Origin: Myxococcota bacterium
GTDB taxonomy: Bacteria > Myxococcota_A > UBA9042 > PHBI01 > JAWLBL01
Direction of reading: 5' to 3'
DNA: 64,000 nt
Assembly (NCBI GenBank): GCA_041687695.1
Contig: JAWLBL010000006.1
Coordinates: forward strand, 224,001 to 288,000
In this document: in pieces, positions 8,631 through 16,674 of the stretch
Layout of the letters: each line of letters opens with the position of its first letter
How positions within the stretch are numbered: position 1 is the stretch's first letter
Notes under the pieces: generated by a model
Database searches by the model: none
What the model was told of the DNA's origin: nothing
The model's input: the letters and a program-made list of their open reading frames with translations, nothing else
Made by a program: the position numbers and the translations under genes

Positions 8631-10435
8631 GGGCGGCTCCCGCGCGCGGCGCCCGGCGCCGAGACCCCGATCTGCTCGAGCAGGCGCGAGGCGTCCTCGG
8701 CGTCCTGGGCGCGGAGCGAGTGGGGGGCGTACCAGGCGTGCTCGGTCAGGCGCTCGAGCGCGACCAGCGCCTCGGCGAGGCGGTCGTCGTCGGCGCGCGC
8801 GGTGGTCAGGGCCTCGGCCGGGGTGTCGTGGCCCCAGCGGAGGCGGCCGGCGGCGCGCGCCAGGGCGCGGGCGTAGAGATCGCGGACGCGGCGGCGGATG
8901 GCGACGACGGCGAAGGTCGCGCCATCGAGGGCGCCGGTGTGGGGCAGGCCGGTGACCAGGTGGCGGGGCAGGTAGTCGGCGCCGGTGACGTCGAGGCGCC
9001 AGCTGCCGGGGGGCGCCGGGCCCAGCTCGAAGCGGCCGAAGGCGTCGGTCGTCCCGGCGAGCAGCTGGCCGTCGCCGCCGACGAGGCGGACCGAGAGGCC
9101 GGGGACCGGCGCCTGGGTGTGGGCGTCGAGCACGCGGCCGGCGACGACGTCGAGGCGGGCCGAGTCGGCGGGCGAGGCGGCACCGAGCACGAACGGCGGG
9201 TCGACCAGCGCGGGCACGGGGTCGGCCCCGGGGCGGCGGCGACGGCGGAAGCGCCAGCGCAGGCGCAGCGCGCGCCAGGAGCGGTTGCGCACGACGTGGG
9301 CGGCGGCGAGGGCGCCGACGACCCAGAGCAGGCCCGCGAGGTACCAGCGGGCCGGGATGCCGGGCGGGGGCGGGACCGGGATGACGATGGGGCGGCTGAC
9401 GGCGGGGACGTGCAGGGTGTCGCTGGGGCGGAAGACGGCGCGCACCTCGAGGGCGCCGTCGATGGCGTCGAACAGGGCCCGGGCGTCGACGGCGGCGAGG
9501 TAGATGCCGTCGGCGTCGGTCGTGGTGACGAGCCACGGGCGCGGGGCGTCGGGGGCGTCGTCGGCGCCGGGGTCGGCGGTGACCGGGCCGGCGAGGATGG
9601 CGACCGTGGCGCCGGCGAGCGGCCCGTCCCCGTCGATGAGGCGGCCGCTGAAGCGATAGCGGCCGGTGGCGGCGTCGCCTTCGCGGCCGACGCGCAGGGT
9701 GAGGCGCGTGGGCAGCTGGACCCGGAAGCTGGTGGCGGCCTCGGCGGGGGCGAAGCGGTGGTCGCCGGTGAAGCGGGCGCGCAGGGCGTAGCGGCCGGCG
9801 GCGCCGAGGAGGGCGGGGCGGATGAGGAAGCGGGCGAGGCCCTGGGCGTCGGTCTCGCCGAGCAGCTCGGGGCCGTCGGCGACCTGGACGCGCACGGGGG
9901 CGGCGGCGACCGGGCCGGACTCGGCGTGCAGGGCGATGTGGACCATCAGGCGGTCGGCGTCGATGCTGACGGCGGCGGGGTCGACGGTCAGGTCGAGCCA
10001 GGTGGTGTGGCGGCGCAGGTCGACGTGGCCCGAGGCGGAGGCGGGGCCGTGGTCGGGGTCGCCCTCGAAGCGGACGGCGTAGGCGAGGCGGGCCCCGTGG
10101 CGGGCCTCGACGGCGGCGAGGTCGTCGTCGCGGACGGTCAGCTCGAAGGCGCCGTCGGCGAAGGTGCGGACGGCGCGGACCTCGAAGCCGGTGAGGGCGA
10201 CGTGGACGGTCTCGGCGCCGACGGGGCGGCCGCGGTCGTCGCGGAGGTGCCCGCGGAGGGCGACGCCGGTGGGCTCGCGGCTGGCGCGGACCTCGAGGCT
10301 GGTGCGGGCGCGGACCGTGATGGGCACCGCGAGCGCCGCCTGGGTGAGGCTGGCGGCGAGCAAAAAGGCGACGCATGGGAGGGCGGGGCCGCGCACCGGG
10401 GCACCATAGCAGACCTCGGCGGGCTGCACAGCCAT
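8627..10435 (-). CDS. Exported protein with Ig-like/carboxypeptidase-regulatory-like domains, TM helix and DUF4129-like C-terminus
   Basis: Signal peptide, repeated G-R-L/V-x-D...TTDADG/TTDAFGRF modules, TPAE..LTEHAWY tail; first gene of the MoxR operon; start uncertain. Confidence 0.7.
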   Translation of the reverse strand: MAVQPAEVCYGAPVRGPALPCVAFLLAASLTQAALAVPITVRARTSLEVRASREPTGVALRGHLRDDRGRPVGAETVHVALTGFEVRAVRTFADGAFELTVRDDDLAAVEARHGARLAYAVRFEGDPDHGPASASGHVDLRRHTTWLDLTVDPAAVSIDADRLMVHIALHAESGPVAAAPVRVQVADGPELLGETDAQGLARFLIRPALLGAAGRYALRARFTGDHRFAPAEAATSFRVQLPTRLTLRVGREGDAATGRYRFSGRLIDGDGPLAGATVAILAGPVTADPGADDAPDAPRPWLVTTTDADGIYLAAVDARALFDAIDGALEVRAVFRPSDTLHVPAVSRPIVIPVPPPPGIPARWYLAGLLWVVGALAAAHVVRNRSWRALRLRWRFRRRRRPGADPVPALVDPPFVLGAASPADSARLDVVAGRVLDAHTQAPVPGLSVRLVGGDGQLLAGTTDAFGRFELGPAPPGSWRLDVTGADYLPRHLVTGLPHTGALDGATFAVVAIRRRVRDLYARALARAAGRLRWGHDTPAEALTTARADDDRLAEALVALERLTEHAWYAPHSLRAQDAEDASRLLEQIGVSAPGAARGSRP

Positions 10436-10446
10436 GGGACGAGGCT

Positions 10447-10690
10447 TGGCCGTGGCCGTGAGCCGTGGCCGTGGCGGAGGCCGTGAGCGTGGCCGTGGCG
10501 GAGGCGGAGGCCGTGAGCGGGTGCCGTGGCCGTGAGCGTGGCCGTGGCCGGGTGCCGTGGCCGGGTGCCGTGGCCGTGGGCCGTGGCCGTGGCGGAGGCT
10601 GTGGCGGAGGCGGAGGCCGTGGCCGTGCCGGAGGCCGTGGCCGTGCCGGAGGCCGTGGCCGTGACTTTGGCCGAGGCGGAGGCCGTGGCC
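10447..10690. repeat. Hexamer simple-sequence tract (ggccgt/ggcgga variants), about 240 bp
   Basis: Continuous degenerate 6-bp periodicity between the divergent MoxR operon and ftsY. Confidence 0.9.
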
Positions 10691-10784
10691 CTGCCGGGAC
10701 GCCAAGAGGTTGGGATTGGTCAAGCGGGGGGAGCGCTGCTATAACCCGCCCCTCCCGAATTCAGGCGATTTCTTGGAGGCGACG

Positions 10785-12230
10785 ATGACGCAGCTGGCAG
10801 GGCTGTTGGCCCAGGCCGCTCCGGCGGAGACGGACTGGACGTGGCTCGCGGTGGGCGCGGCCGTGGTGGTGCTCCTCCTCATCGTGTGGGTGGCGCTGCG
10901 CCGCAAGAGCGAGACCGAGGCGCTCCCCGAGCGGCCCGCGCCGCGGCCCGAGCCCATCGCGCCGGCGCCCGAGGCCGAGGGGCTCGAGGCGGCCGAGCTG
11001 GCTGAAGACGAGCTGCCCGAGGAGCTGCGCGAGGAGCTCGAGGACGACGCGCCGGCCGGGGTGGTCGAGACCGCCCGCAAGCCCATCGAAGCCAAACGCA
11101 TCGAGGCCGAGGCCATGGACGCCATCGCGCCCGAGCGCAAGGCGCCCTCGAGCCTGCCGCTGCCCGAGGCCAAGCGGCCGGTCGTGCCCGAGGAGAAGGT
11201 CGAGGAGGCGCCGCCCGCCAAGGCGCCGCCCAAGCCGGCCGAGAAGGTCGCCGAGAAGGCGCCGGTCATCGTCGAGCCGGTCGAAAAGCCCGTCGTCGAA
11301 AAGCCCAAGTCCCTCAAGGAGGGGTTGGGACGGACCCGGCGCGAGGGGTTCATCGCGCGCCTCGGCGGGCTGTTCTCGCCGGGCAAGAAGCTCGACAAGG
11401 ATCTGCTCGACGAGCTCGAGGAGGTCCTGTTCACGGCCGACATCGGCGTCAAGACGGCCGACCGGCTGCTCGAGTCGGTGCGTGAGACGCTCGGGCGCTC
11501 GGACCTCAAGGACGCCGAGCGGGTCTGGGGCGTGATGCGCGAGGAGGCCAAGGCGATCCTCGGCGCGGCGTCGGCCAACGGGACCATGGCCCAGCCGGCG
11601 GCGGGGATGCCGCGGGTCACCATGGTCCTGGGCGTCAACGGGACCGGCAAGACCACCAGCATCGGCAAGCTCGCCAACCAGGCGGTGGCCGACGGCAAGA
11701 AGGTCGTGCTCATCGCGGGCGACACCTTCCGCGCCGCGGCCGCCGAGCAGCTCGAGCACTGGGGCCGTCGCGTCGGGGCGAACGTGATGCGCGGCAAGGA
11801 GGGGGCCGATCCGGCCTCGGTGGTGTTCGACGGGCTCAAGAAGGCCGTCGAGGAGCAGGCCGACGTGGTCCTGGTGGACACGGCCGGACGCCTCCACACC
11901 CAGGTCAACCTGATGGAGGAGCTGCGCAAGGTGCGGCGCGTCATGACGCGCGCCGTCCCGGACGCGCCGCACGAGGTCCTCATGGTGCTCGACGCCACGA
12001 CGGGCCAGAACGCCATCCAGCAGGCCAAGATGTTCAAGGAGGCGACCGACGTCACGGGCATCATCCTGACCAAGCTCGACGGCACCGCGAAGGGCGGCGT
12101 GGTCATCGGCGTGTGCGACGAGCTGGCCATCCCCATCCGCTACATCGGCGTGGGCGAGCGCGTCTCCGACCTGCGGACGTTCCAGCCCGACGAGTTCGTC
12201 GAAGCCCTGTTCACGCCGCCGAGCGAGTGA
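10785..12230 (+). CDS. ftsY: SRP receptor FtsY with N-terminal TM anchor and acidic/Pro linker
   Basis: [36 protein letters not shown] ggagg. Confidence 0.97.
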   Translation: MTQLAGLLAQAAPAETDWTWLAVGAAVVVLLLIVWVALRRKSETEALPERPAPRPEPIAPAPEAEGLEAAELAEDELPEELREELEDDAPAGVVETARKPIEAKRIEAEAMDAIAPERKAPSSLPLPEAKRPVVPEEKVEEAPPAKAPPKPAEKVAEKAPVIVEPVEKPVVEKPKSLKEGLGRTRREGFIARLGGLFSPGKKLDKDLLDELEEVLFTADIGVKTADRLLESVRETLGRSDLKDAERVWGVMREEAKAILGAASANGTMAQPAAGMPRVTMVLGVNGTGKTTSIGKLANQAVADGKKVVLIAGDTFRAAAAEQLEHWGRRVGANVMRGKEGADPASVVFDGLKKAVEEQADVVLVDTAGRLHTQVNLMEELRKVRRVMTRAVPDAPHEVLMVLDATTGQNAIQQAKMFKEATDVTGIILTKLDGTAKGGVVIGVCDELAIPIRYIGVGERVSDLRTFQPDEFVEALFTPPSE

Positions 12231-12406
12231 GCGCCGGTGAGCGCGGCCCCTTCGCGGCGTCGCGTCGTGGAAGGTCTTGAAAGAAGGGGCCGGCTTGACC
12301 GCCTCGTCACGGCAGGGGTACATTCCGACCCGCACGGCCACCAGCCAGGCGGCGAACGCGTCCATCGCGTCGCCGTCGCGCCACGACCTTTCACGAGCGG
12401 AGCGCC

Positions 12407-13144
12407 ATGCGTCTCAGTCCCGGGTTCACCCGCCTCCTCCTCGTCGGAGCGTTGACGCTGGCTGGCTCCAGCGCGCTCGCGCAGACGGCGCCGGGAGCCA
12501 CCCCAACCGCCGGCGGCCCGGCCGCCCCGGCCCAGGACGAGGGCCCGTCCGCGGAGGAGCGCCTCGCCGCCTCCATCCGGGTCGTCCAGCAGCGGCCCTT
12601 TCTGCGCAGCACGCGCTTCGAACTCCAGCTCATGGGCGGCCTCGGTATCAACGACGTGCTCTTCCAGCACTTCAGCGCCGTCGCCAATGGACGCTTCCAC
12701 CTGTCCGAGCGCTTCTCGCTCGGCGCGACCTACGCCCACTACTTCGCGGACGAGGCCTCGACCTTCAGCGAGGTCACCGACCGCTTCGAGGTCTTCCCCG
12801 AGCGCGCCCTCACGCGGTGGTACGCCGGCGCCGACTTCGCGTGGATCCCCATCTTCGGCAAGTACGCCCTGTTCGACGAGGCCGTGGTCCACTTCGACCT
12901 CTACACCATCGTCGGCGGCGGCGTCACGCGCACCAGCAAGTCCGACGACCTCAAGCCGACCGGCACCATCGGCGTGGGCTGGCGGCTCATCACGACGCGT
13001 TGGCTCGCCTTCGTCGTCGAGCTGCGCGACCACATCTACGTCGAGAAGTACAACCAGCGCGAAGAGCTGGTGAACAACGTCGTCGGCCAGGTCGGGCTGA
13101 GCTTCTGGCTGCCCTGGGACTTCGACTACCGCTACCCGCGATGA
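12407..13144 (+). CDS. Outer-membrane beta-barrel protein, GltA/GltB-like myxobacterial family
   Basis: Signal peptide; IRVVQQRPFLRSTRFEL..INDVLF, WIPIFGKYALF, HFDLY motifs; amphipathic strands. Confidence 0.8.
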   Translation: MRLSPGFTRLLLVGALTLAGSSALAQTAPGATPTAGGPAAPAQDEGPSAEERLAASIRVVQQRPFLRSTRFELQLMGGLGINDVLFQHFSAVANGRFHLSERFSLGATYAHYFADEASTFSEVTDRFEVFPERALTRWYAGADFAWIPIFGKYALFDEAVVHFDLYTIVGGGVTRTSKSDDLKPTGTIGVGWRLITTRWLAFVVELRDHIYVEKYNQREELVNNVVGQVGLSFWLPWDFDYRYPR

Positions 13145-13917
13145 GGTCCGCCTTGCTGAGCACCCGGTCCAGCTCGATGTCCAGCTCCGTCCGCGGCGCG
13201 CGTCGCGGCGTCGGCTCCTCCTTGCTCGCCCTGGTCGCCCTCGCCGGCGTCGCCGCGGCCCCCGCGACGGCCACGGCCCAGGAGCGCGCGGGCGGCGTCC
13301 TCGAGGGCGAGCCGTCCATCCGCCAGAAGCAGCTCTACCTCGAGGGGCGGCACCTGCTGCTGCCGACCTTCGGCGTCACCATCAACGACGCCTACCGGCG
13401 CAACCTCCTCGGCGGCGTCAGCTACCGCTACTTCGCGTCGCACTGGCTCGGCCTCGGCCTCGATCTGCTCGCGGGGACGGCCGTCGACACGGGCCTGACC
13501 GAGAACATCGAGAACGACCTCAGCACCGACGACACGGCCTTCGACGTCCAGGCGACCAGCCTGCGCTTCCTCGCCAGCGCCGTCGCCGAGCTGGTCCCGC
13601 TCGAGGGCAAGCTGATGATGCTCGGCGCCCAGATGCGCGCCGACTTCCACATCACGCTCGGCTTCGGCCTCGCCAGCATCGCCGGCGAGGGGCGCATCGA
13701 GGACACCCTGTCCATCATGCCGTCGATCGGCGTCGGCATGCGGTTTTTTCCCGAACCTTGGATCTCGGTCGGCCTCGACGTAAAGGACCTCATCATCAAC
13801 CGCGTCCTCGCGGCGGGGTTCGATGGCTCGGTGCCCGACAAGGGCTTCCACAACAACTGGCTCGTGGCCCTGTCCGTCGGGTTCGCGCTGCCGCCCGAGA
13901 CCGAGGTTCGTCCGTGA
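13141..13917 (+). CDS. Second outer-membrane beta-barrel paralog, GltA/GltB-like
   Basis: ATGA overlap; IRQKQLYLEGRH..TINDAY, VPLEGKLMM, ADFHITLG; terminal VGF strand. Confidence 0.75.
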   Translation: MRSALLSTRSSSMSSSVRGARRGVGSSLLALVALAGVAAAPATATAQERAGGVLEGEPSIRQKQLYLEGRHLLLPTFGVTINDAYRRNLLGGVSYRYFASHWLGLGLDLLAGTAVDTGLTENIENDLSTDDTAFDVQATSLRFLASAVAELVPLEGKLMMLGAQMRADFHITLGFGLASIAGEGRIEDTLSIMPSIGVGMRFFPEPWISVGLDVKDLIINRVLAAGFDGSVPDKGFHNNWLVALSVGFALPPETEVRP

Positions 13918-14405
13918 CGTCCGCCCTCCGCACCACCCTCGTCGCCACGCTGGCGCTGGCCCTCGTGGGCCTGGCCGCGCCTGCGTTCGCCTCGCACTAC
14001 CGCCTGCCGGCCGGCGACCTGGTCACGGCGACCGAGCTCAAGTCCCTGCAGAAGGCCGGCGTCGACACGACCCTGGCCCTGTACGAGCAGGCCGCCGGCA
14101 GCCAGGCCCGCAAGCAGCTCGCGCGCGCCAGCGGCCTGTCGGTCGCGCGCCTGACCGAGCTCGCCGCCCAGTGCGACCTCCTGCGCGTGTCCGGCGTCGG
14201 CCCGCTGATGGTGCGCGTCCTGCAGGCCGGCGGCGTCCGCCACTCGGGCGACCTCCGCAAGGCCAACGCCGCCGCCCTGCTCGACAAGCTGCGGGCCGCC
14301 AACCAGGTCCACAAGCTGACCGAGGTCCTGCCCGAGGTCGAGATGCTGCAGGCCTGGATCGCCCAGGCGCAGAAGCTGCCCGCCCGCCTCGAAGGGGTGC
14401 GGTGA
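13914..14405 (+). CDS. Exported DUF4332-like (helix-hairpin-helix) protein
   Basis: GTGA overlap; signal peptide; CDLLRVSGVGP..LQAGGV..L..AN...WIAQA pattern. Confidence 0.75.
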   Translation: MTSALRTTLVATLALALVGLAAPAFASHYRLPAGDLVTATELKSLQKAGVDTTLALYEQAAGSQARKQLARASGLSVARLTELAAQCDLLRVSGVGPLMVRVLQAGGVRHSGDLRKANAAALLDKLRAANQVHKLTEVLPEVEMLQAWIAQAQKLPARLEGVR

Positions 14406-15796
14406 ACCCCCTTCGCTGGGTCGCCGCGTCACGCCGAAGGCTCGCCACCGCCACGCTCGTCGCCTATGCGCTCGCGTTCGCGGTGGCGGTGCCGCTGGCC
14501 GCCCACCTCCGCGACGTCTCCGCCTCGCCGATCGCCGACTTCTGGGTGATGACGGCCTGGCTGGGGATCCTGGCCGCCGGCTCCCTGTTCCTGGGCGTCC
14601 TGCTGGGCGATCGGCTGCTGCCGGGGCGCTGGCGCGAGCGCGTCATCCTGGGGCGCGAGGTCCAGCTGCCCGGCACCGACGATGACCCCGCCCTGGCGAT
14701 GGCGGTCACCAAGTCGTACTTGCTGCACTTCTCGGCGCTGACGGTCGGGGCGCTGGCCCTGTCGGCCATGGCGCTCGAGGCGGTCACCGGCGGCTTCTTC
14801 GCCGAGTACCAGCGCCTCGGTTACGCGCGCGCCACCCTGCGCGGCGACGACACGGCTGCCAAGCTGGCGACGGTCGAGCGGCTCTCCGAGGTGCAGCGCG
14901 AGCAGAACGTGCGCGACTCGCTGGCCCTGCTCCGCGCCACCTGGGATGACCCGGCCCAGCCGCTCGAGGTCCGCGCCGCCTCCATCCGCAGCCTGGGACG
15001 GCTCGGGCACTCGCTGGTCACCAGCATCGACGCCTGGGACAACGAGGGGGTCAAGGAGCACTGGGAGTTCGATCTCGTGCGCGAGCTGCGCTCGGATCTG
15101 CTGCCCCTGTGGCGCGAGCGGCTCGCCACCGCCGACCCGGCCCTCGCCGGACCGATGGCGCTGGCGCTGGGCCGTTACCGCGACTTCGACAGCGCCCCGG
15201 CGCTGCTGGCGCGGGCCACGACCGGGCCGACCGGCGCGTCGCCGACCTGGCGGCAGACCGTGACCGCCCTGGGGCTGCTGCACCCCCTCGACATCCTCGC
15301 GCCCCTGGGCGAGCTGGCCACGGCCGCGACGGATCCCCAGGACTTCACCGCGCTGGCCTGGGCCGTGGGCGAGCCGATGCGGCGCCTGCCGCTCGACCAG
15401 CCGCCGCCGCCCGCCTTCGACCGCCTCATCGAGGCCTTCGGCGCGCTCGCCGCCTCGGGGGCGACCCCGGTGCATCGCTGCGACGCGGTCTACGTCCTGT
15501 ACAAGACCCGCGACGCGCGCATCGTCGAGCCGCTCCTGGCCGCCTTCGACGCCCAGGGCGCGGACATGGAGTGTCCGACGACCCACGTCGACGTCTCGGA
15601 CCGCGCGCCCCACGTCTCGGCCCACGGCGAGCCCTTCCGAGTGCGCGTCCTCAAGGCCCTGGCGGTGGTGGCCGTGGGCCAGCCCCGGGTGCTCGAGTGG
15701 GCGCGCTCGCGCGTCGACGACGCCAGCCTGTCGGACGTGGTCCGGCTCGAGCTGAAGCAGCTGGTGGCGCTGACCGAGGCGGGCGCGGGCCAGTGA
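14402..15796 (+). CDS. Membrane protein with helical (HEAT-like) repeats
   Basis: GTGA overlap; three N-terminal TM segments; VRAASIRSLGRLG-type repeats. Confidence 0.6.
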   Translation: MNPLRWVAASRRRLATATLVAYALAFAVAVPLAAHLRDVSASPIADFWVMTAWLGILAAGSLFLGVLLGDRLLPGRWRERVILGREVQLPGTDDDPALAMAVTKSYLLHFSALTVGALALSAMALEAVTGGFFAEYQRLGYARATLRGDDTAAKLATVERLSEVQREQNVRDSLALLRATWDDPAQPLEVRAASIRSLGRLGHSLVTSIDAWDNEGVKEHWEFDLVRELRSDLLPLWRERLATADPALAGPMALALGRYRDFDSAPALLARATTGPTGASPTWRQTVTALGLLHPLDILAPLGELATAATDPQDFTALAWAVGEPMRRLPLDQPPPPAFDRLIEAFGALAASGATPVHRCDAVYVLYKTRDARIVEPLLAAFDAQGADMECPTTHVDVSDRAPHVSAHGEPFRVRVLKALAVVAVGQPRVLEWARSRVDDASLSDVVRLELKQLVALTEAGAGQ

Positions 15797-15860
15797 TCAG
15801 GCGCTGCGCCTGCCGGGCCTCACATCATGAGGGCGGCGGCAGGCGCGGGGCCCGTCAGGC

Positions 15861-16595
15861 TCAGGGCAGGTCGCAGTAGCCGACCTGGCCGTAGTACTGC
15901 GAGCACCCGACGAAGTTGGGACAGGGCTCGACGGCCGTCGTGTCGCACAGCGGGTAGCACTTGTTGCCGACGCAGGCGGTGCCGGCCTCGCAGTCGCTGG
16001 CGTTGGTGCAGGCGCCGCCAGCGGCCGTGTTGCCGGCAGGCAGACAGACGGGCTCGGGCTGACCGGCGATGCGGTAGCAGCCCTTGGTGCCGCCGCAGTC
16101 CTGGGCCAGGAGATCGCAGGTCGTGTAGATGTCGTCGATTTCGCAGACCTTGTAGGGCGTGTCGGTCAGGGTCAGGCAGCTGTCGCCGGCCTCGCAGTGG
16201 CCATCGGTCTTGCAGAACTTGTAGCAGAGGAACTTGGTGTCGTTCAGGTTCAAGCAGATGCCGCGCTCGCAGCCGTCGTTGCCGCCGCACTCGGCGCCGT
16301 AAGGCTGCTCGCCCTCGGGCACGCACTCGGCCGTCTTGGCGCCGCTACCGACGTAGGTGCAGTTCTCGCCCTCTTCGCACCCGGTCTGCGTGATGGCGTT
16401 GCAGCTCGTGGCCGGGGTCGTGTCGTCGGTGGCGGCCGTGTCGTCGGCCGCGTCGCCGCCGCCCTCGTCGGGGGTGGTCGAGGTGTCGGCGTCGGTCTGG
16501 TCGGTCGGCGTGCCGGAGCCTCCGTCACCGCAGGCGGCGAGGGCCGAGGGCAGGGCGAAGGCGAGGGCGGCGAGCAGGGACAGGCGGAGCGACAT
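15861..16595 (-). CDS. Cys-rich lipoprotein
   Basis: Lipobox LAAC, acidic Thr linker, Cys-rich modules CNAITQTGC and CDLLAQDC. Confidence 0.85.
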   Translation of the reverse strand: MSLRLSLLAALAFALPSALAACGDGGSGTPTDQTDADTSTTPDEGGGDAADDTAATDDTTPATSCNAITQTGCEEGENCTYVGSGAKTAECVPEGEQPYGAECGGNDGCERGICLNLNDTKFLCYKFCKTDGHCEAGDSCLTLTDTPYKVCEIDDIYTTCDLLAQDCGGTKGCYRIAGQPEPVCLPAGNTAAGGACTNASDCEAGTACVGNKCYPLCDTTAVEPCPNFVGCSQYYGQVGYCDLP

Positions 16596-16674
16596 GGGCG
16601 CGGACCTTTCGGGAGCGGGGATGGCAATGGATGATGGAGCTTCGGACGCGGGGGCGCAAGATGGCCAGGCGGGC

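Noticed and set aside
8631..10376. N-terminal part of the 1025-aa ORF 7299..10376
   Set aside because: Arg/Pro-rich off-frame shadow of the real upstream gene; true start is GTG 8630
10436..10788. His/Gly- or Ala/Val-rich ORFs
   Set aside because: Translations of the hexamer tract
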